A stretch of DNA of 64,000 bases. Source: Methylotenera sp. (GTDB lineage Bacteria > Pseudomonadota > Gammaproteobacteria > Burkholderiales > Methylophilaceae). The stretch is taken from positions 4,680 to 68,679 of the forward strand of contig JANMOP010000014.1 of the NCBI GenBank assembly GCA_031369365.1. Reading direction: 5' to 3'. Numbering within the stretch: the first letter of the stretch is position 1; each line of letters opens with the position of its first letter. Shown here one piece after another: positions 47,401 to 56,263 of the stretch. A model generated the notes under the pieces. It saw only the letters and a program-made list of their open reading frames with translations. It did not search any database and was not told the origin of the DNA. A program made the position numbers and the translations under genes.

Positions 47401-49119
47401 TCTATAATCAACTGGGTGCGTGGCGAAGATAATTTTGGCGATGAGAAGAGCCTCTGCCCGCCAGGAACAGCCGCAGGCACAGCTAATTGCCCCAGTACTA
47501 AGGTAACCGTTCGCCCATCTATCCATGGAGATGTCTTGCATTCACGGCCAGTTGCGCTTAATTATGGAGGCACCACAGGTGTTGTGGTTTACTATGGCAC
47601 CAATGACGGTGTTTATCGTGCAGTCAATGGTAATAAGGTCAACCCAGCTGGAAGTTCGCTACCTGTTCCAGGAAGCGAACTGTGGGGCTTCGTTCCAAAT
47701 GAGTTCTTTGCCAAGTTAAATCGCCAACGTAGCAATAGTCCGCTACTGTCGTTGCCGTCAACGCCAAACGGAATTACACCTTCTCCAGAGAAAAAAGATT
47801 ATTTTGCCGATGGGCCAACTAGTGTCTATCAGCTGCTGAATGCCGATGGCACAACGAATAAAGCTTATATTTATCTCACAATGCGCCGAGGCGGCGATTT
47901 CATCTACGCGCTGGACGTATCTGACCCTACTAATCCTAAGTTTTTATGGAAGCTGGATCCAACAGGATTAACTACGCCAAGCGGTTTTAGTGCGAGTACG
48001 AATTTTGCCGAGCTAGGGCAGACTTGGTCTAATCCAAAAGTGAACTTGATTAAAGGGTATGCGAATCCAGTAATGATTTTTGGGGCGGGTTACTCTGCCT
48101 CGCAAGATGCTCAACCAGCTACAGTCGATACCGTGGGTCGCGGAGTTTATATTGTAGATGCAGTCACTGGCGCCCTAGTTTGGCGAGCTACTTATGGCAC
48201 TAGCTCGGCATGTAGCGGTACGTCCACCACAGCAAGCTGTACTGTATCGGGCATGGATTACAGCATTCCATCTGATATTACCTTGATGGATAGGGATAGC
48301 GATGGCTATATAGATCGTTTGTACGCAGGTGATATGGGCGGTAATGTATGGCGCGTCGATTTACAACGCTCGGGTAACACGACTAATAACACCCCTGACT
48401 TCTGGAGAGTCAATCAGGTAGCATCACTAGGCGGTGGTGGCGTTCCCTTACGTAAGTTCTTCTTTCCACCAGACGTAATACCTACTAATGACTTCGATTT
48501 AGTAATAGCTATTTCTGGCGATCGAGAACATCCGCTGTCATCTACAAGCACAAGAGATAGAGTTTTTGCGCTGCAAGATCTGACTGGAAACGACGGAAGT
48601 AGCTTAACAACTATCACTGACAGTAGTCTATTTGATGCCACAACCACGCTTTATAGTGCTGCAACAGGTTCTAATCAAGGCTACTTTAAAGACTTTCTAG
48701 CTGCAGAGAAAGGGGTTAACGCACCACTAACAGTGGCTGGTTTTACCTATTTCGGCACCAATCAACCTACAGCTGCAAATTCATGTACTGCCAACCTAGG
48801 GCTAGCCAAAGGTTACAGGCTTGACCCCTTTACGGGAGCGATTAATTTTGTAGAATTTGATGGTGGCGGTCTTCCTCCTTCGGCAGTGGCTGGGGTGGTA
48901 AACCTAATTCTGCAGGGTGAAAATACAGAGAGTTCAGTGCGATTCTGTATTGGCTGTGGTGGCGCAGGCGGTGGCGCTCCTATTGGCGCAGGCGGTGGCG
49001 CTAGCAGTAGCCCTGGCTCTGACCCTAGTGGCTGTAATACGGCGCTTGGTGCTTGCAGTCCCCCCGTCAGCGTTCCAACCAGCCGCACTAGAACTTACTG
49101 GTATCAGGAAATAGATTGA
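44470..49119 (+). CDS. pilY1: PilY1/PilC tip adhesin, 1549 aa, with an internal repeat insert
   Basis: Signal peptide, EDTDIY, vWA-like N-domain, W.GN.KQY, INWVRG, HGDVLHSRP, Ca-binding DRDSDGYID and C-terminal RTYWYQ. Confidence 0.92.
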   Translation: MKKIQLILAGLLIALMAHVSTSMAEDTDIYSGRGGAAGTPNIMIIIDNASNSNAQMTACTYLDGSTPTGSNQGSKSLDNYMCALDNLTNLLTTKADGSALVNLGITTQAGVYLGLTPVNNAVYTGIYPHTAGQTNRQVLSKAIRALSTVSGQATQGTSFQETWAYYTGGNGGSTNVGIKSGVAYAGTNATTGCQKNFAIFISGVTNSAHANTNGNEITKLTASIDNAVTSGAITATEGTALKVRIGGSSEESPWAVEWARFMHGVDINTTTEGTGVQSITTYSIAAGDPVYPAAMGSMERYIRNTAQYGGGKYFAAKSYADIYQSILRILNEVQAVNSVFSASSLPVSVNAQGTFLNQIYMGMFRPDETGAPRWVGNMKQYQFVATRNVSTNEIDLFLGDSLGDPAISAGGTGFIAPDAVSYWTCGGNPSIRACSPVADPTAGFWANDSKGVGTTYDLPDGEFVEKGGAAQILRLANLTADYTTTAGSATNPRKLYTYCPSGASCNATLSNSANAFSTANVNIANNAFGASSSLVVSSIVRTGTTALVTTSATHNYANGSTVTISGADQSEYNVTQAINFANPNSANTFTITGLPDYPTTPSAGAYTAALHNASAQAISSLSVATATTVNANGCTSGTIPNINCVQVTVTLPSHGYSNGDSVVIAGVSPAQYSGTFTIASVTTNMFTYKVSVTPSSPSKNAYSLVLPSPAAKTITSITKSGSTNTVSASAHGFLAGQSVTISGCNAGYNGTWSVSATNLATGSFVILSPSGNPGACAAGASVVLSNPAISISVGNISRASATASVATATAASAVTHNATYNLSYVSGTDTNEAGYAPKPGARTVLVTCASGTTCTTFTFALSTTFSTTLTTSSATVALSSNPVTIVAGKITRSATTATVTGVSNTFTNGQFIDIGVSGSAIGTESAYLSPAAGWQITCPISCSTAFSFGPVILSPSTPATTGSTIRAFQGSTPPDKNSIINWVRGEDNFGDEKSLCPPGTAAGTANCPSTKVTVRPSIHGDVLHSRPVALNYGGTTGVVVYYGTNDGVYRAVNGNKVNPAGSSLPVPGSELWGFVPNEFFAKLNRQRSNSPLLSLPSTPNGITPSPEKKDYFADGPTSVYQLLNADGTTNKAYIYLTMRRGGDFIYALDVSDPTNPKFLWKLDPTGLTTPSGFSASTNFAELGQTWSNPKVNLIKGYANPVMIFGAGYSASQDAQPATVDTVGRGVYIVDAVTGALVWRATYGTSSACSGTSTTASCTVSGMDYSIPSDITLMDRDSDGYIDRLYAGDMGGNVWRVDLQRSGNTTNNTPDFWRVNQVASLGGGGVPLRKFFFPPDVIPTNDFDLVIAISGDREHPLSSTSTRDRVFALQDLTGNDGSSLTTITDSSLFDATTTLYSAATGSNQGYFKDFLAAEKGVNAPLTVAGFTYFGTNQPTAANSCTANLGLAKGYRLDPFTGAINFVEFDGGGLPPSAVAGVVNLILQGENTESSVRFCIGCGGAGGGAPIGAGGGASSSPGSDPSGCNTALGACSPPVSVPTSRTRTYWYQEID

Positions 49120-49268
49120 TGATGTATGGCTATGCTAACAAATGAATGATCATTGGGGCTGGGCAACTCAAAAGAGAAGCGAAGAGCGAAACGCTGGGTT
49201 GCCAAGTCGCTGCTATACGGCGATGCTAATGCATCGTCGGTAGTAGATTACAATTGGTATAGTTTCGT

Positions 49269-49982
49269 ATGGAACGCGCTTTAGAGTTTATCGACAGAGA
49301 TAACATACGCTTTGCATTTTTTTTGTGCTTGTCAGTATTGGGGCACATATTAGTTTTAATTTATGCACTACCCACTATATTACCAAACCTGAAAGACGAG
49401 CTACCAAACGAAGCCACGCTAAAAGCTTTAACGGTTCAGATTACACAAGTTTATAGTGATTATCATGAGCCTGTAATTGCAACAGAAAAAGCTATAGCAA
49501 GTAACATTGACCTCACTAAGATTAAGCCAGTCGCTGATACACCAGAAGCGGATAACACGGAAAATAAAGTTACCGAAACTAGCACAACCGAAGCAGAAAC
49601 AGTCAAAACTGAAACAGTCGAGACTGACACCAAGAGTGAATATGCGGATGAAAGCAATTCAGGTAGCCAATTAAAATCAATTTTGAATGAAAAGTACTAT
49701 TTGTTGAGCGAGCTGGATAAAATACCAGAAGCGCAAACAGATGTCGATATTGAGTCTTTAAATTTATTAAAATTTGCTCAAGGTGGTAAGCTTGAGCTTC
49801 GATTATGGGTAAATGAGCAAGGTCATGTCGTTAATGTGGAGGTCATTAAATCAGAGCTGCCACCAGCTTTTGTTGAGAATGCTGTAAAACTTTTTTCGCA
49901 GGCACAGTTCTCGCCAGGGATAGTTCACAATAATCCAGTAAAGTTTGTTTCCAAGGTAGTGGTTCGTTATGAACCACACTGA
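49269..49982 (+). CDS. TonB C-terminal-domain protein
   Basis: TM with SVLGHIL, Thr/Glu-rich linker, YY..SELD..P, LWVNEQGHV..VEV and A.F.PG...N.PV motifs. Confidence 0.7.
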   Translation: MERALEFIDRDNIRFAFFLCLSVLGHILVLIYALPTILPNLKDELPNEATLKALTVQITQVYSDYHEPVIATEKAIASNIDLTKIKPVADTPEADNTENKVTETSTTEAETVKTETVETDTKSEYADESNSGSQLKSILNEKYYLLSELDKIPEAQTDVDIESLNLLKFAQGGKLELRLWVNEQGHVVNVEVIKSELPPAFVENAVKLFSQAQFSPGIVHNNPVKFVSKVVVRYEPH

Positions 49983-50027
49983 ATAAGGCAGCTCAGTTGT
50001 TTTCACAACAGTGTTGATAACGACGTT

Positions 50028-50585
50028 TTATTTTAAACGCGAGCTCAAATTGCTTAACAAGTTAACTGTAATCAAGCCATTAATCACCCCGAATATTAAA
50101 GCCGCAGTGGCGAAAATAGGTATCAAGTAAGCTACGCCTGTATGCGGGATTAGCCATAGCCTGACTATAATTAACTGACCTGCAATATGCGCGAAAGCGG
50201 CGAAAACACTAAGCGAAATGGCGCTGAAGTATTTTTTTGGTAAATATTGCGCTAGAAATAATGCGGCCAAACTCAGTAGTGCGCCACTTAAACTTAACAC
50301 AAAAGTGGGTGATAAAAATTGGCCAAGTAATAAGCTACTGGCGAAGACGCGGAGCAAGCTTACCCAAGCGGCGGTGGCGAAGCCGTATTGATACAACACG
50401 AACAAGGTGACGATATTGGCGATGCCAGGTTTTACGCCAGGCAGTGGCGATGGAATCACCGCTTCAATAATGTGCAAGCCAATCGCTAGAGCGGTGAGTT
50501 TGGCGATGTGGTGATCGCTTGCGGTGGTTTTAATGTGGGTAGTTTTAAAATTATTCACGTTAATAGTAGCTTTAGTTAATGCCAC
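50028..50585 (-). CDS. Gx transporter / heptaprenyl diphosphate synthase component I family membrane protein
   Basis: IEAVIPSPLPGVKPGIANIV, SLLRV..SSL..G.F.SPTF and AHIAGQL motifs. Start is uncertain. Confidence 0.85.
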   Translation of the reverse strand: MALTKATINVNNFKTTHIKTTASDHHIAKLTALAIGLHIIEAVIPSPLPGVKPGIANIVTLFVLYQYGFATAAWVSLLRVFASSLLLGQFLSPTFVLSLSGALLSLAALFLAQYLPKKYFSAISLSVFAAFAHIAGQLIIVRLWLIPHTGVAYLIPIFATAALIFGVINGLITVNLLSNLSSRLK

Positions 50586-50591
50586 AAAAAT

Positions 50592-50666
50592 GTAGGAGGC
50601 ACGTCTCGTGCCGATTGCCGTTGTGAAAATTGCACGCTAGCTTTCGCGGCGAGTCGCAGCTCCTAC
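50592..50666. repeat. Hybrid GTAG-family REP doublet
   Basis: GTAGGAGGCACGTCTCGTGCCGA on + (50592) faces GTAGGAGCTGCGACTCGCCGCGAAAG on - (from 50666, overlapping the NusG-II stop). Confidence 0.7.
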
Positions 50667-51058
50667 TAATAATTAAGCGAATCATAAGTGCTTTTAGCGC
50701 CCATCAACTGTAGGCTAATTTGATTAGGCAAACAGATAGCCACTTGCCCTGCACGGCTTAACCAGCCTTGATGCACGCAATATTGATTGCGGCAGGGTGA
50801 ATGTTTAAAGCGCACTTTGCCTTGGTTTATACTAATCAAGCTTTCACCCATTGCACCAGTAATTTTTAACTCGCGCATTTGGTTTAAATCGTAAGTACCA
50901 AGCACCTTATTACCTTGCCGAATTTTGAGTTTGCTGGCTGGCACCATGCTCCAAAATTGTTGAAACATGAAAATAATGGCAATTATGCTGGCAGCAATTA
51001 CCAACCAATCGCCAATGAGTGGTTTATGGTTGAATTTGAACAACATGTTTTGCCGCAT
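50666..51058 (-). CDS. NusG domain II-containing protein
   Basis: GDWLVI TM; G..GES.I.I..GKVRF..SPC.NQYCV.QGW.....ICLPN. Confidence 0.88.
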   Translation of the reverse strand: MRQNMLFKFNHKPLIGDWLVIAASIIAIIFMFQQFWSMVPASKLKIRQGNKVLGTYDLNQMRELKITGAMGESLISINQGKVRFKHSPCRNQYCVHQGWLSRAGQVAICLPNQISLQLMGAKSTYDSLNY

Positions 51059-52064
51059 CTTTATCTAGCCAAGTAATACGCTTTGCCATGGCGACGCTTG
51101 CCCAAATTTTATCAGTTGATTCAATGATTAAAAAATTCTCAACCCCCATTGATTTGGCCGCTTCTGCGCGCGAATCTGATTTGTCGATAAAAATCGGCTT
51201 AGAAGCCACGTCAGACTTCACGCCAGCATGGCTTTGTGGCGGTATTAGCACCGTTACCGCTTGCATGCCTTGCACGGGGTAGCCTGTGGCAGGATCTATA
51301 ATATGGCAGTAGCGTTTGCCGTTCAAATCAAAATAGCGCTGATAATCGCCCGATGTGCCAATAGCCCAGCCACTTTCTAAATTTAATACTGCAATGGCAT
51401 TGGGTTTGCGCGGGTGCTGTATGCCTACGCGCCAAGGTTTATCACCATGTTGGCCAAGCGCAATAATATTGCCACCAATATTAATCAATGCATTTTTAAC
51501 ACCTTGTTTACGCAAGTTAATAAGGGCTAAATCGAGCGCATAACCTTTGGCGTAGCCACCAAAATCCAGCTGCACATTTGGATTGTTACTAAAAACTTTG
51601 CCGTTTTCAATGACAATGTCGGTCATTTGGGGGTTAGCTTGCACCAAACTTTTAAGCTTATTTTCGTCTATATCGGTCGGCTTAAACTCATCTTGCTGAA
51701 AGCCCCATGCTTGGATAAGGCCGCCAATAGCGGGGTTGAACGCACCTTTGGATTGTACTGATAGTTTGGTTGCGTCTGCAATCATCAAAACCAAATCAGG
51801 CTTAATAGTGACGGGAAATTTACCTAATGCAAATGCCCTGTTGAGAGATTTAAGCTCGCTAGGCCGCCAAGCATGTAAGCGATTGTGCAGTGCTTGAAAA
51901 TCGCGAATAATCTGGTTAGAGATTTCTTGTGCTGCCTGTTCGGATTCGCCGTAAATGCTGATGTCCACCAGCGTGCCAAACACGTAGCTTTGCGTGTTGT
52001 AGAGCGGCTCTGGCTTGGTACAACCCACCAAAAAAATAAAGCTGAAAATAAGAAATAAACGCAT
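51024..52064 (-). CDS. apbE: FAD:protein FMN transferase ApbE (lipoprotein)
   Basis: LVGC lipobox; GAFNPAIG, DFGGYAKGYA, INIGGN, GTSGDYQRY and HIIDP.TG motifs. Confidence 0.93.
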   Translation of the reverse strand: MRLFLIFSFIFLVGCTKPEPLYNTQSYVFGTLVDISIYGESEQAAQEISNQIIRDFQALHNRLHAWRPSELKSLNRAFALGKFPVTIKPDLVLMIADATKLSVQSKGAFNPAIGGLIQAWGFQQDEFKPTDIDENKLKSLVQANPQMTDIVIENGKVFSNNPNVQLDFGGYAKGYALDLALINLRKQGVKNALINIGGNIIALGQHGDKPWRVGIQHPRKPNAIAVLNLESGWAIGTSGDYQRYFDLNGKRYCHIIDPATGYPVQGMQAVTVLIPPQSHAGVKSDVASKPIFIDKSDSRAEAAKSMGVENFLIIESTDKIWASVAMAKRITWLDKDAAKHVVQIQP

Positions 52065-52080
52065 AGGCGCTACTATAGCG

Positions 52081-53037
52081 TTAGTTTAGGCTTCCTTCCA
52101 GTGCCCGCATAAATACTTGTGCGGGTTTACACGGCATTTGCGCTGCAAGCTCAACCATGCCAGTGGGGCTGGTGACGTTAATCTCGGTTAAATGCTCGCC
52201 AATCACGTCTAAGCCAACTAAAAACAGGCCTTCTTGTTTAAGAGTTTTACCGACAAAAGTGGCGATTTCTAAATCGCGCGAAGTCAAGGGCTGCGCAACA
52301 CCAGTGCCGCCCGCAGCCAGGTTGCCCCGTGTTTCGCCCGCTTTAGGTATGCGTGCAAGTGCATAAGGTAACGGCTCGCCATTAATCACAATGATACGTT
52401 TATCGCCCTGCAAAATAGCGGGCAAATAACGTTGCACCATAATAGTTTGCCTGCCAAATTGGGTTGCGGTTTCTAAAATCACACCAATATTATGGTCATA
52501 TTCGTGAATTCTAAAAATACCGCTACCGCCCATGCCATCGAGTGGTTTTACTACGATGTCTTTGTGCGTTGCTAAAAATTCACGGATTAAATCATGTTTG
52601 CTAGTGACTAAAAATTCTGGCGCAAATTGTGGAAATTTAGCGACAGATAATTTTTCATTCCAACTTCTTACCGATGCAGGATTGTTAATGACGTGCGCGC
52701 CTTGATTGGCAGCCAACTCTAGCAAATACGTGCTATACAAATACTCATTATCAAATGGCGGGTCTTTACGCATTAAAATTGCGTCAAAATCTTTAGGTAA
52801 AACCTCTTGGTTTTTGCCAAGCGAATACCAGCTTGCATTTTTATATTGGTCACCATCGCTAAAGCTAAATTCAGCCGCGTTAATTTTCACGATTTCGTTA
52901 CGCAAAAACACATCGTGTTGCACGCACACAAACAGCACATGTCCACGCGCCGCCGCCTCACGCATGATGGCGAGGCTAGTGTCTTTATAGCTTTTTAGGC
53001 TAGCAAGCGGGTCGAGGATGAATAGGAGTTTCATCAT
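52081..53037 (-). CDS. gshB: Glutathione synthase
   Basis: KDTSLA, MRKDPPFD, NEKL, KPLDGMGG, RGNLAAGG and TEINVTSPTG motifs. Confidence 0.97.
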   Translation of the reverse strand: MMKLLFILDPLASLKSYKDTSLAIMREAAARGHVLFVCVQHDVFLRNEIVKINAAEFSFSDGDQYKNASWYSLGKNQEVLPKDFDAILMRKDPPFDNEYLYSTYLLELAANQGAHVINNPASVRSWNEKLSVAKFPQFAPEFLVTSKHDLIREFLATHKDIVVKPLDGMGGSGIFRIHEYDHNIGVILETATQFGRQTIMVQRYLPAILQGDKRIIVINGEPLPYALARIPKAGETRGNLAAGGTGVAQPLTSRDLEIATFVGKTLKQEGLFLVGLDVIGEHLTEINVTSPTGMVELAAQMPCKPAQVFMRALEGSLN

Positions 53038-53040
53038 TTT

Positions 53041-54351
53041 TTATACGTTTAACGGGTCAAGCTCTTGCAGCTCAATCGCCGCTGCTAGCAAAGCCAAGCG
53101 CGCCACTACACCATACGCATAAAAGCGATTCGGTACGGTATCAGGCTGGCCAGCGCAATCGGGCAAACTGCAAGGTTTTTCAAACGCTAACGGCTCAAAG
53201 TGTGAGCCAGGCGCATTAAGGTTCTCATCTGCGCTACGCTCCGTGTGTACGCGGTAAAAGCCGCCAATCACAAAGTGATCCATCATATACACCACAGGCT
53301 CGGCCACCGCGTCGTTAATGCTCTCGAAAGTGTAAACGCCCTCTTGGATAATCACCTCTGAGACTTGCTGGCCTTCTTTAATCACTGACATTTTATTGCG
53401 CGCTTTGCGGTTTAAATCGCGCACGTCATCGGGTGATTTCACCGTCATAATGCCCATGCCATAAGTGCCAGCATCGGCTTTTACAATCACAAATGGCTCT
53501 TGCTTAATATTATATTCCGTATATTTCAGCTTGATTTTACCCAGCAAAGTTTCGACTTTATCTGCCAAGCAATCTTCACCCGTACGTGCGTGAAAATCAA
53601 TTTCGCCACAGGTTTCAAAATAAGGGTTTAATAGCCATGGGTCAATATCTAAAAGCTGCGAAAATTCATCCACTACGCGATTATAAGCTCTAAAATGTTG
53701 CGATTTACGTCTAACGTGCCAACCTGCATGTAACGGTGGAATCAAATCTTGCTCTAGGTTTTTAAGTATATCTGGCACGCCACCCGATAAATCGTTATTG
53801 AGCAAAACCGCACAGCTATCAAAGGCTTTGTAATCAACGCCATCCTTCGTACAAGCATTGAGTTTAATGCGGTTTTTTTCGCGAACTACTGGCTCTAATA
53901 ATAATTGTTGACCATCGTGCGTTTCAAAAAATGTAGGTTCGGCAATATCAGGGTTCACCGTGCCCACGCGCACGTCCATGCCAGCCGCTTTCATGATGTT
54001 GACTAGCTCAACTACGTTGCGCAAATAATAAGTATTGCGTGTATGATTTTCGGGGATAATCATGAGTCTATGCGCCTCGGGGCAGATTTTCTCTACCGCT
54101 ACTTGCGCGGCTTGAACACATAAACTTAAAAACTCGGGGTTTAAATTATTAAAGCCGCCTGGAAATAAATTGGTATCTACAGGCGCGAGTTTAAAGCCTG
54201 AGTTACGTAAATCGACACTGGCATAAAACGGCGAGGCGTACTCTAACCATTGTGTGCGAAACCAATGCTCAATTTTCGGCATGTCGCTTAACATACGTTT
54301 TTCTAGGCTAAGTAGCGGGCCGCTTAATGCGGTAGTTAAATGTGGAACCAT
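53041..54351 (-). CDS. gshA: Glutamate-cysteine ligase, betaproteobacterial type
   Basis: MVPHLTTAL, SVDLRNSGFKLAPVDTNLFPGGFNNL, KADAGTYGMG and NLNAPG motifs. Confidence 0.95.
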   Translation of the reverse strand: MVPHLTTALSGPLLSLEKRMLSDMPKIEHWFRTQWLEYASPFYASVDLRNSGFKLAPVDTNLFPGGFNNLNPEFLSLCVQAAQVAVEKICPEAHRLMIIPENHTRNTYYLRNVVELVNIMKAAGMDVRVGTVNPDIAEPTFFETHDGQQLLLEPVVREKNRIKLNACTKDGVDYKAFDSCAVLLNNDLSGGVPDILKNLEQDLIPPLHAGWHVRRKSQHFRAYNRVVDEFSQLLDIDPWLLNPYFETCGEIDFHARTGEDCLADKVETLLGKIKLKYTEYNIKQEPFVIVKADAGTYGMGIMTVKSPDDVRDLNRKARNKMSVIKEGQQVSEVIIQEGVYTFESINDAVAEPVVYMMDHFVIGGFYRVHTERSADENLNAPGSHFEPLAFEKPCSLPDCAGQPDTVPNRFYAYGVVARLALLAAAIELQELDPLNV

Positions 54352-54360
54352 ATTGAATCC

Positions 54361-55338
54361 TTATGTGATGCTTTGCGCTTGCAAATCCGCATGATAGCTA
54401 CTTCTTACCATGGGGCCACTGGCAGCGTTATTAAAGCCCATCGCGTTAGCCTGTTGTTTTAAAGCATCAAAAATTGTGGGTTCAACATAGCGCATTACAG
54501 GCAGGTGATGCACACTGGGCTGCAAGTATTGACCTAGCGTGAGCATGGATACTTGGTGCGCGCGTAGGTCTTGCATGACTTGTAAAATCTCATCATCTGT
54601 TTCGCCCAAGCCCAGCATCAAGCCCGATTTGGTGGGGATATGTGGGTACATCTCAGAGAACATTTTAAGCAAATTAAGCGAGTTTTGATAATCTGATCCA
54701 GGCCGTGCTTGTTTATATAAGCGCGGCACAGTTTCTAGGTTGTGGTTCATTACATCGGGCGGAGCTTTACGTAAAATTTCTAGAGCAACGTCAAGCCGCC
54801 CGCGAAAATCAGGCACTAAAATTTCAATTTTGATCTTGGGCGATGCTTGTCTAACCGCATGAATGCAATCTACAAAATGCTGTGCGCCGCCGTCTTTTAG
54901 GTCGTCGCGATCAACGCTGGTAATCACCACGTACTTCAGCTGCATCTGCGCGATGGTACGCGCTAAATTGGCGGGCTCGTTAACGTCGGGCGGCAGCGGT
55001 TTGCCATGCGCCACGTCGCAAAACGGGCAACGACGGGTACAAATGTCGCCCAAAATCATAAACGTCGCCGTACCACCGCTAAAGCATTCGCCGATGTTGG
55101 GGCAGCTGGCTTCTTCACACACGGTGTGCAAGTTATTTTCACGTAAGATTTTTTTAATCTCTTGAAAGCGCGCGCTGTCTGGCACTTTCATGCGTATCCA
55201 GTCAGGCTTACGCAGCATGGGCTGCGGGATGATTTTGATGGGAATGCGCGCGGTTTTTTCGGCGTCAATTTGCTTAACTCCGATTTTTTTGTCAAACCCA
55301 GCAATTTTTTTTACCGCTGATATTGTGGTTTCGCTCAT
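54361..55338 (-). CDS. lipA: Lipoyl synthase
   Basis: [12 protein letters not shown] and CTRRCPFC clusters; VRSSYHA. Start at ATG 55338 overlaps the lipB TAA (TAATG). Confidence 0.97.
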   Translation of the reverse strand: MSETTISAVKKIAGFDKKIGVKQIDAEKTARIPIKIIPQPMLRKPDWIRMKVPDSARFQEIKKILRENNLHTVCEEASCPNIGECFSGGTATFMILGDICTRRCPFCDVAHGKPLPPDVNEPANLARTIAQMQLKYVVITSVDRDDLKDGGAQHFVDCIHAVRQASPKIKIEILVPDFRGRLDVALEILRKAPPDVMNHNLETVPRLYKQARPGSDYQNSLNLLKMFSEMYPHIPTKSGLMLGLGETDDEILQVMQDLRAHQVSMLTLGQYLQPSVHHLPVMRYVEPTIFDALKQQANAMGFNNAASGPMVRSSYHADLQAQSIT

Positions 55339-55958
55339 TAAATCAATTTTTCTGTCAGTATTTTTAACAAGTTTTCGCCCATTTGTTGCGGCGTTTCTGT
55401 AATGCCTAAATCTCTGGTTTGCGCAACTTCTAGCCCCACATAGCCACACGGATCAATTTCGCTAAACGGCGATAAATCCATCTCTACATTTAAACTTAGG
55501 CCATGATAGCAGCAATTATTTTTTAAGCGTAACCCAAGCGAAGCGATTTTTTTAGCATTAACATACACGCCAGGCGCATTGCTATTTGCGTTGGCGGTGA
55601 CACCATGATTAGCCAGCAATTCAATGATACTCGCTTCCATCATATTGACGAGCTGGCGCACATTTAAGTTGCGGCGTTTTAGGTCAATCAGCACATAAAT
55701 AATGACTTGGCCGCTGCCATGATAAGTGATTTTACCGCCTCTATCGACCAACACCGTAGGAATAGTATTTTGCGGCAAACGCACATTTTTGCGATTGATG
55801 CCCAGCGTATAAACGCTAGTATGCTCTGTAAGCCATATTTCATCAGGCGTTGTGGCAGTACGGCTTGCCGTAAACTGCTGCATGGCGATTAGCGTTGCTT
55901 GATAATTAGTACAGCCGAGGTCTTTAACAATCAGGTCTTTAATAATCAAGTCTTGCAT
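55338..55958 (-). CDS. lipB: Octanoyltransferase
   Basis: [35 protein letters not shown] and I.PCGY motifs. Confidence 0.95.
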   Translation of the reverse strand: MQDLIIKDLIVKDLGCTNYQATLIAMQQFTASRTATTPDEIWLTEHTSVYTLGINRKNVRLPQNTIPTVLVDRGGKITYHGSGQVIIYVLIDLKRRNLNVRQLVNMMEASIIELLANHGVTANANSNAPGVYVNAKKIASLGLRLKNNCCYHGLSLNVEMDLSPFSEIDPCGYVGLEVAQTRDLGITETPQQMGENLLKILTEKLI

Positions 55959-55966
55959 AACTCAAA

Positions 55967-56263
55967 TTAAAGCACAAATTTCACCATAGGGTGAGCGGTT
56001 AAGGCGCGATAAACGTCATCAAGTTGCAGTTTAGAAGTGACATAAACCGTGCAAGTAAGGCTGATATATTTGCCACCAGAGCTACCGCGCATTTCAATTT
56101 GACTGGCATCAAAGCTTGCTATCACGTTTTGAATGGCTTTAATCATTTCATAGCTAAACTCCGCATCAGTTTCGCCCATGACCTTGATGGGGAAATCGCA
56201 GGGAAACTCAATTAAAGTATCTTGCGGGATTTCGGGTTCTAGAGGAAGATTACTAGTAGTCAC
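55967..56263 (-). CDS. ybeD: YbeD (DUF493) family protein
   Basis: LIEFPCDFPIKVMG, SSGGKYISL and L..HP.VK.VL motifs; canonical position between dacA and lipB. Confidence 0.9.
   Translation of the reverse strand: MTTSNLPLEPEIPQDTLIEFPCDFPIKVMGETDAEFSYEMIKAIQNVIASFDASQIEMRGSSGGKYISLTCTVYVTSKLQLDDVYRALTAHPMVKFVL

Noticed and set aside
48150-48185. PilY1 DAVTGAL as an ApbE flavinylation site
   Set aside because: It lacks the terminal Ser/Thr of [S/T]GA[S/T] and is the ordinary beta-propeller DA.TG.L.W motif.
49161-49240. Hairpins after pilY1 (GGCAACTCA/TGGGTTGCC; CGATGC/GCATCG) as a c-di-GMP riboswitch
   Set aside because: Lacks the GGCAAA...GAAA...GACGCAAAG consensus and has no U-tract; at most a processing or stability stem.
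55339-55449. lipA extension to 55449
   Set aside because: It overlaps the lipB 3' end; the TAATG coupling at 55336-55340 defines the start.
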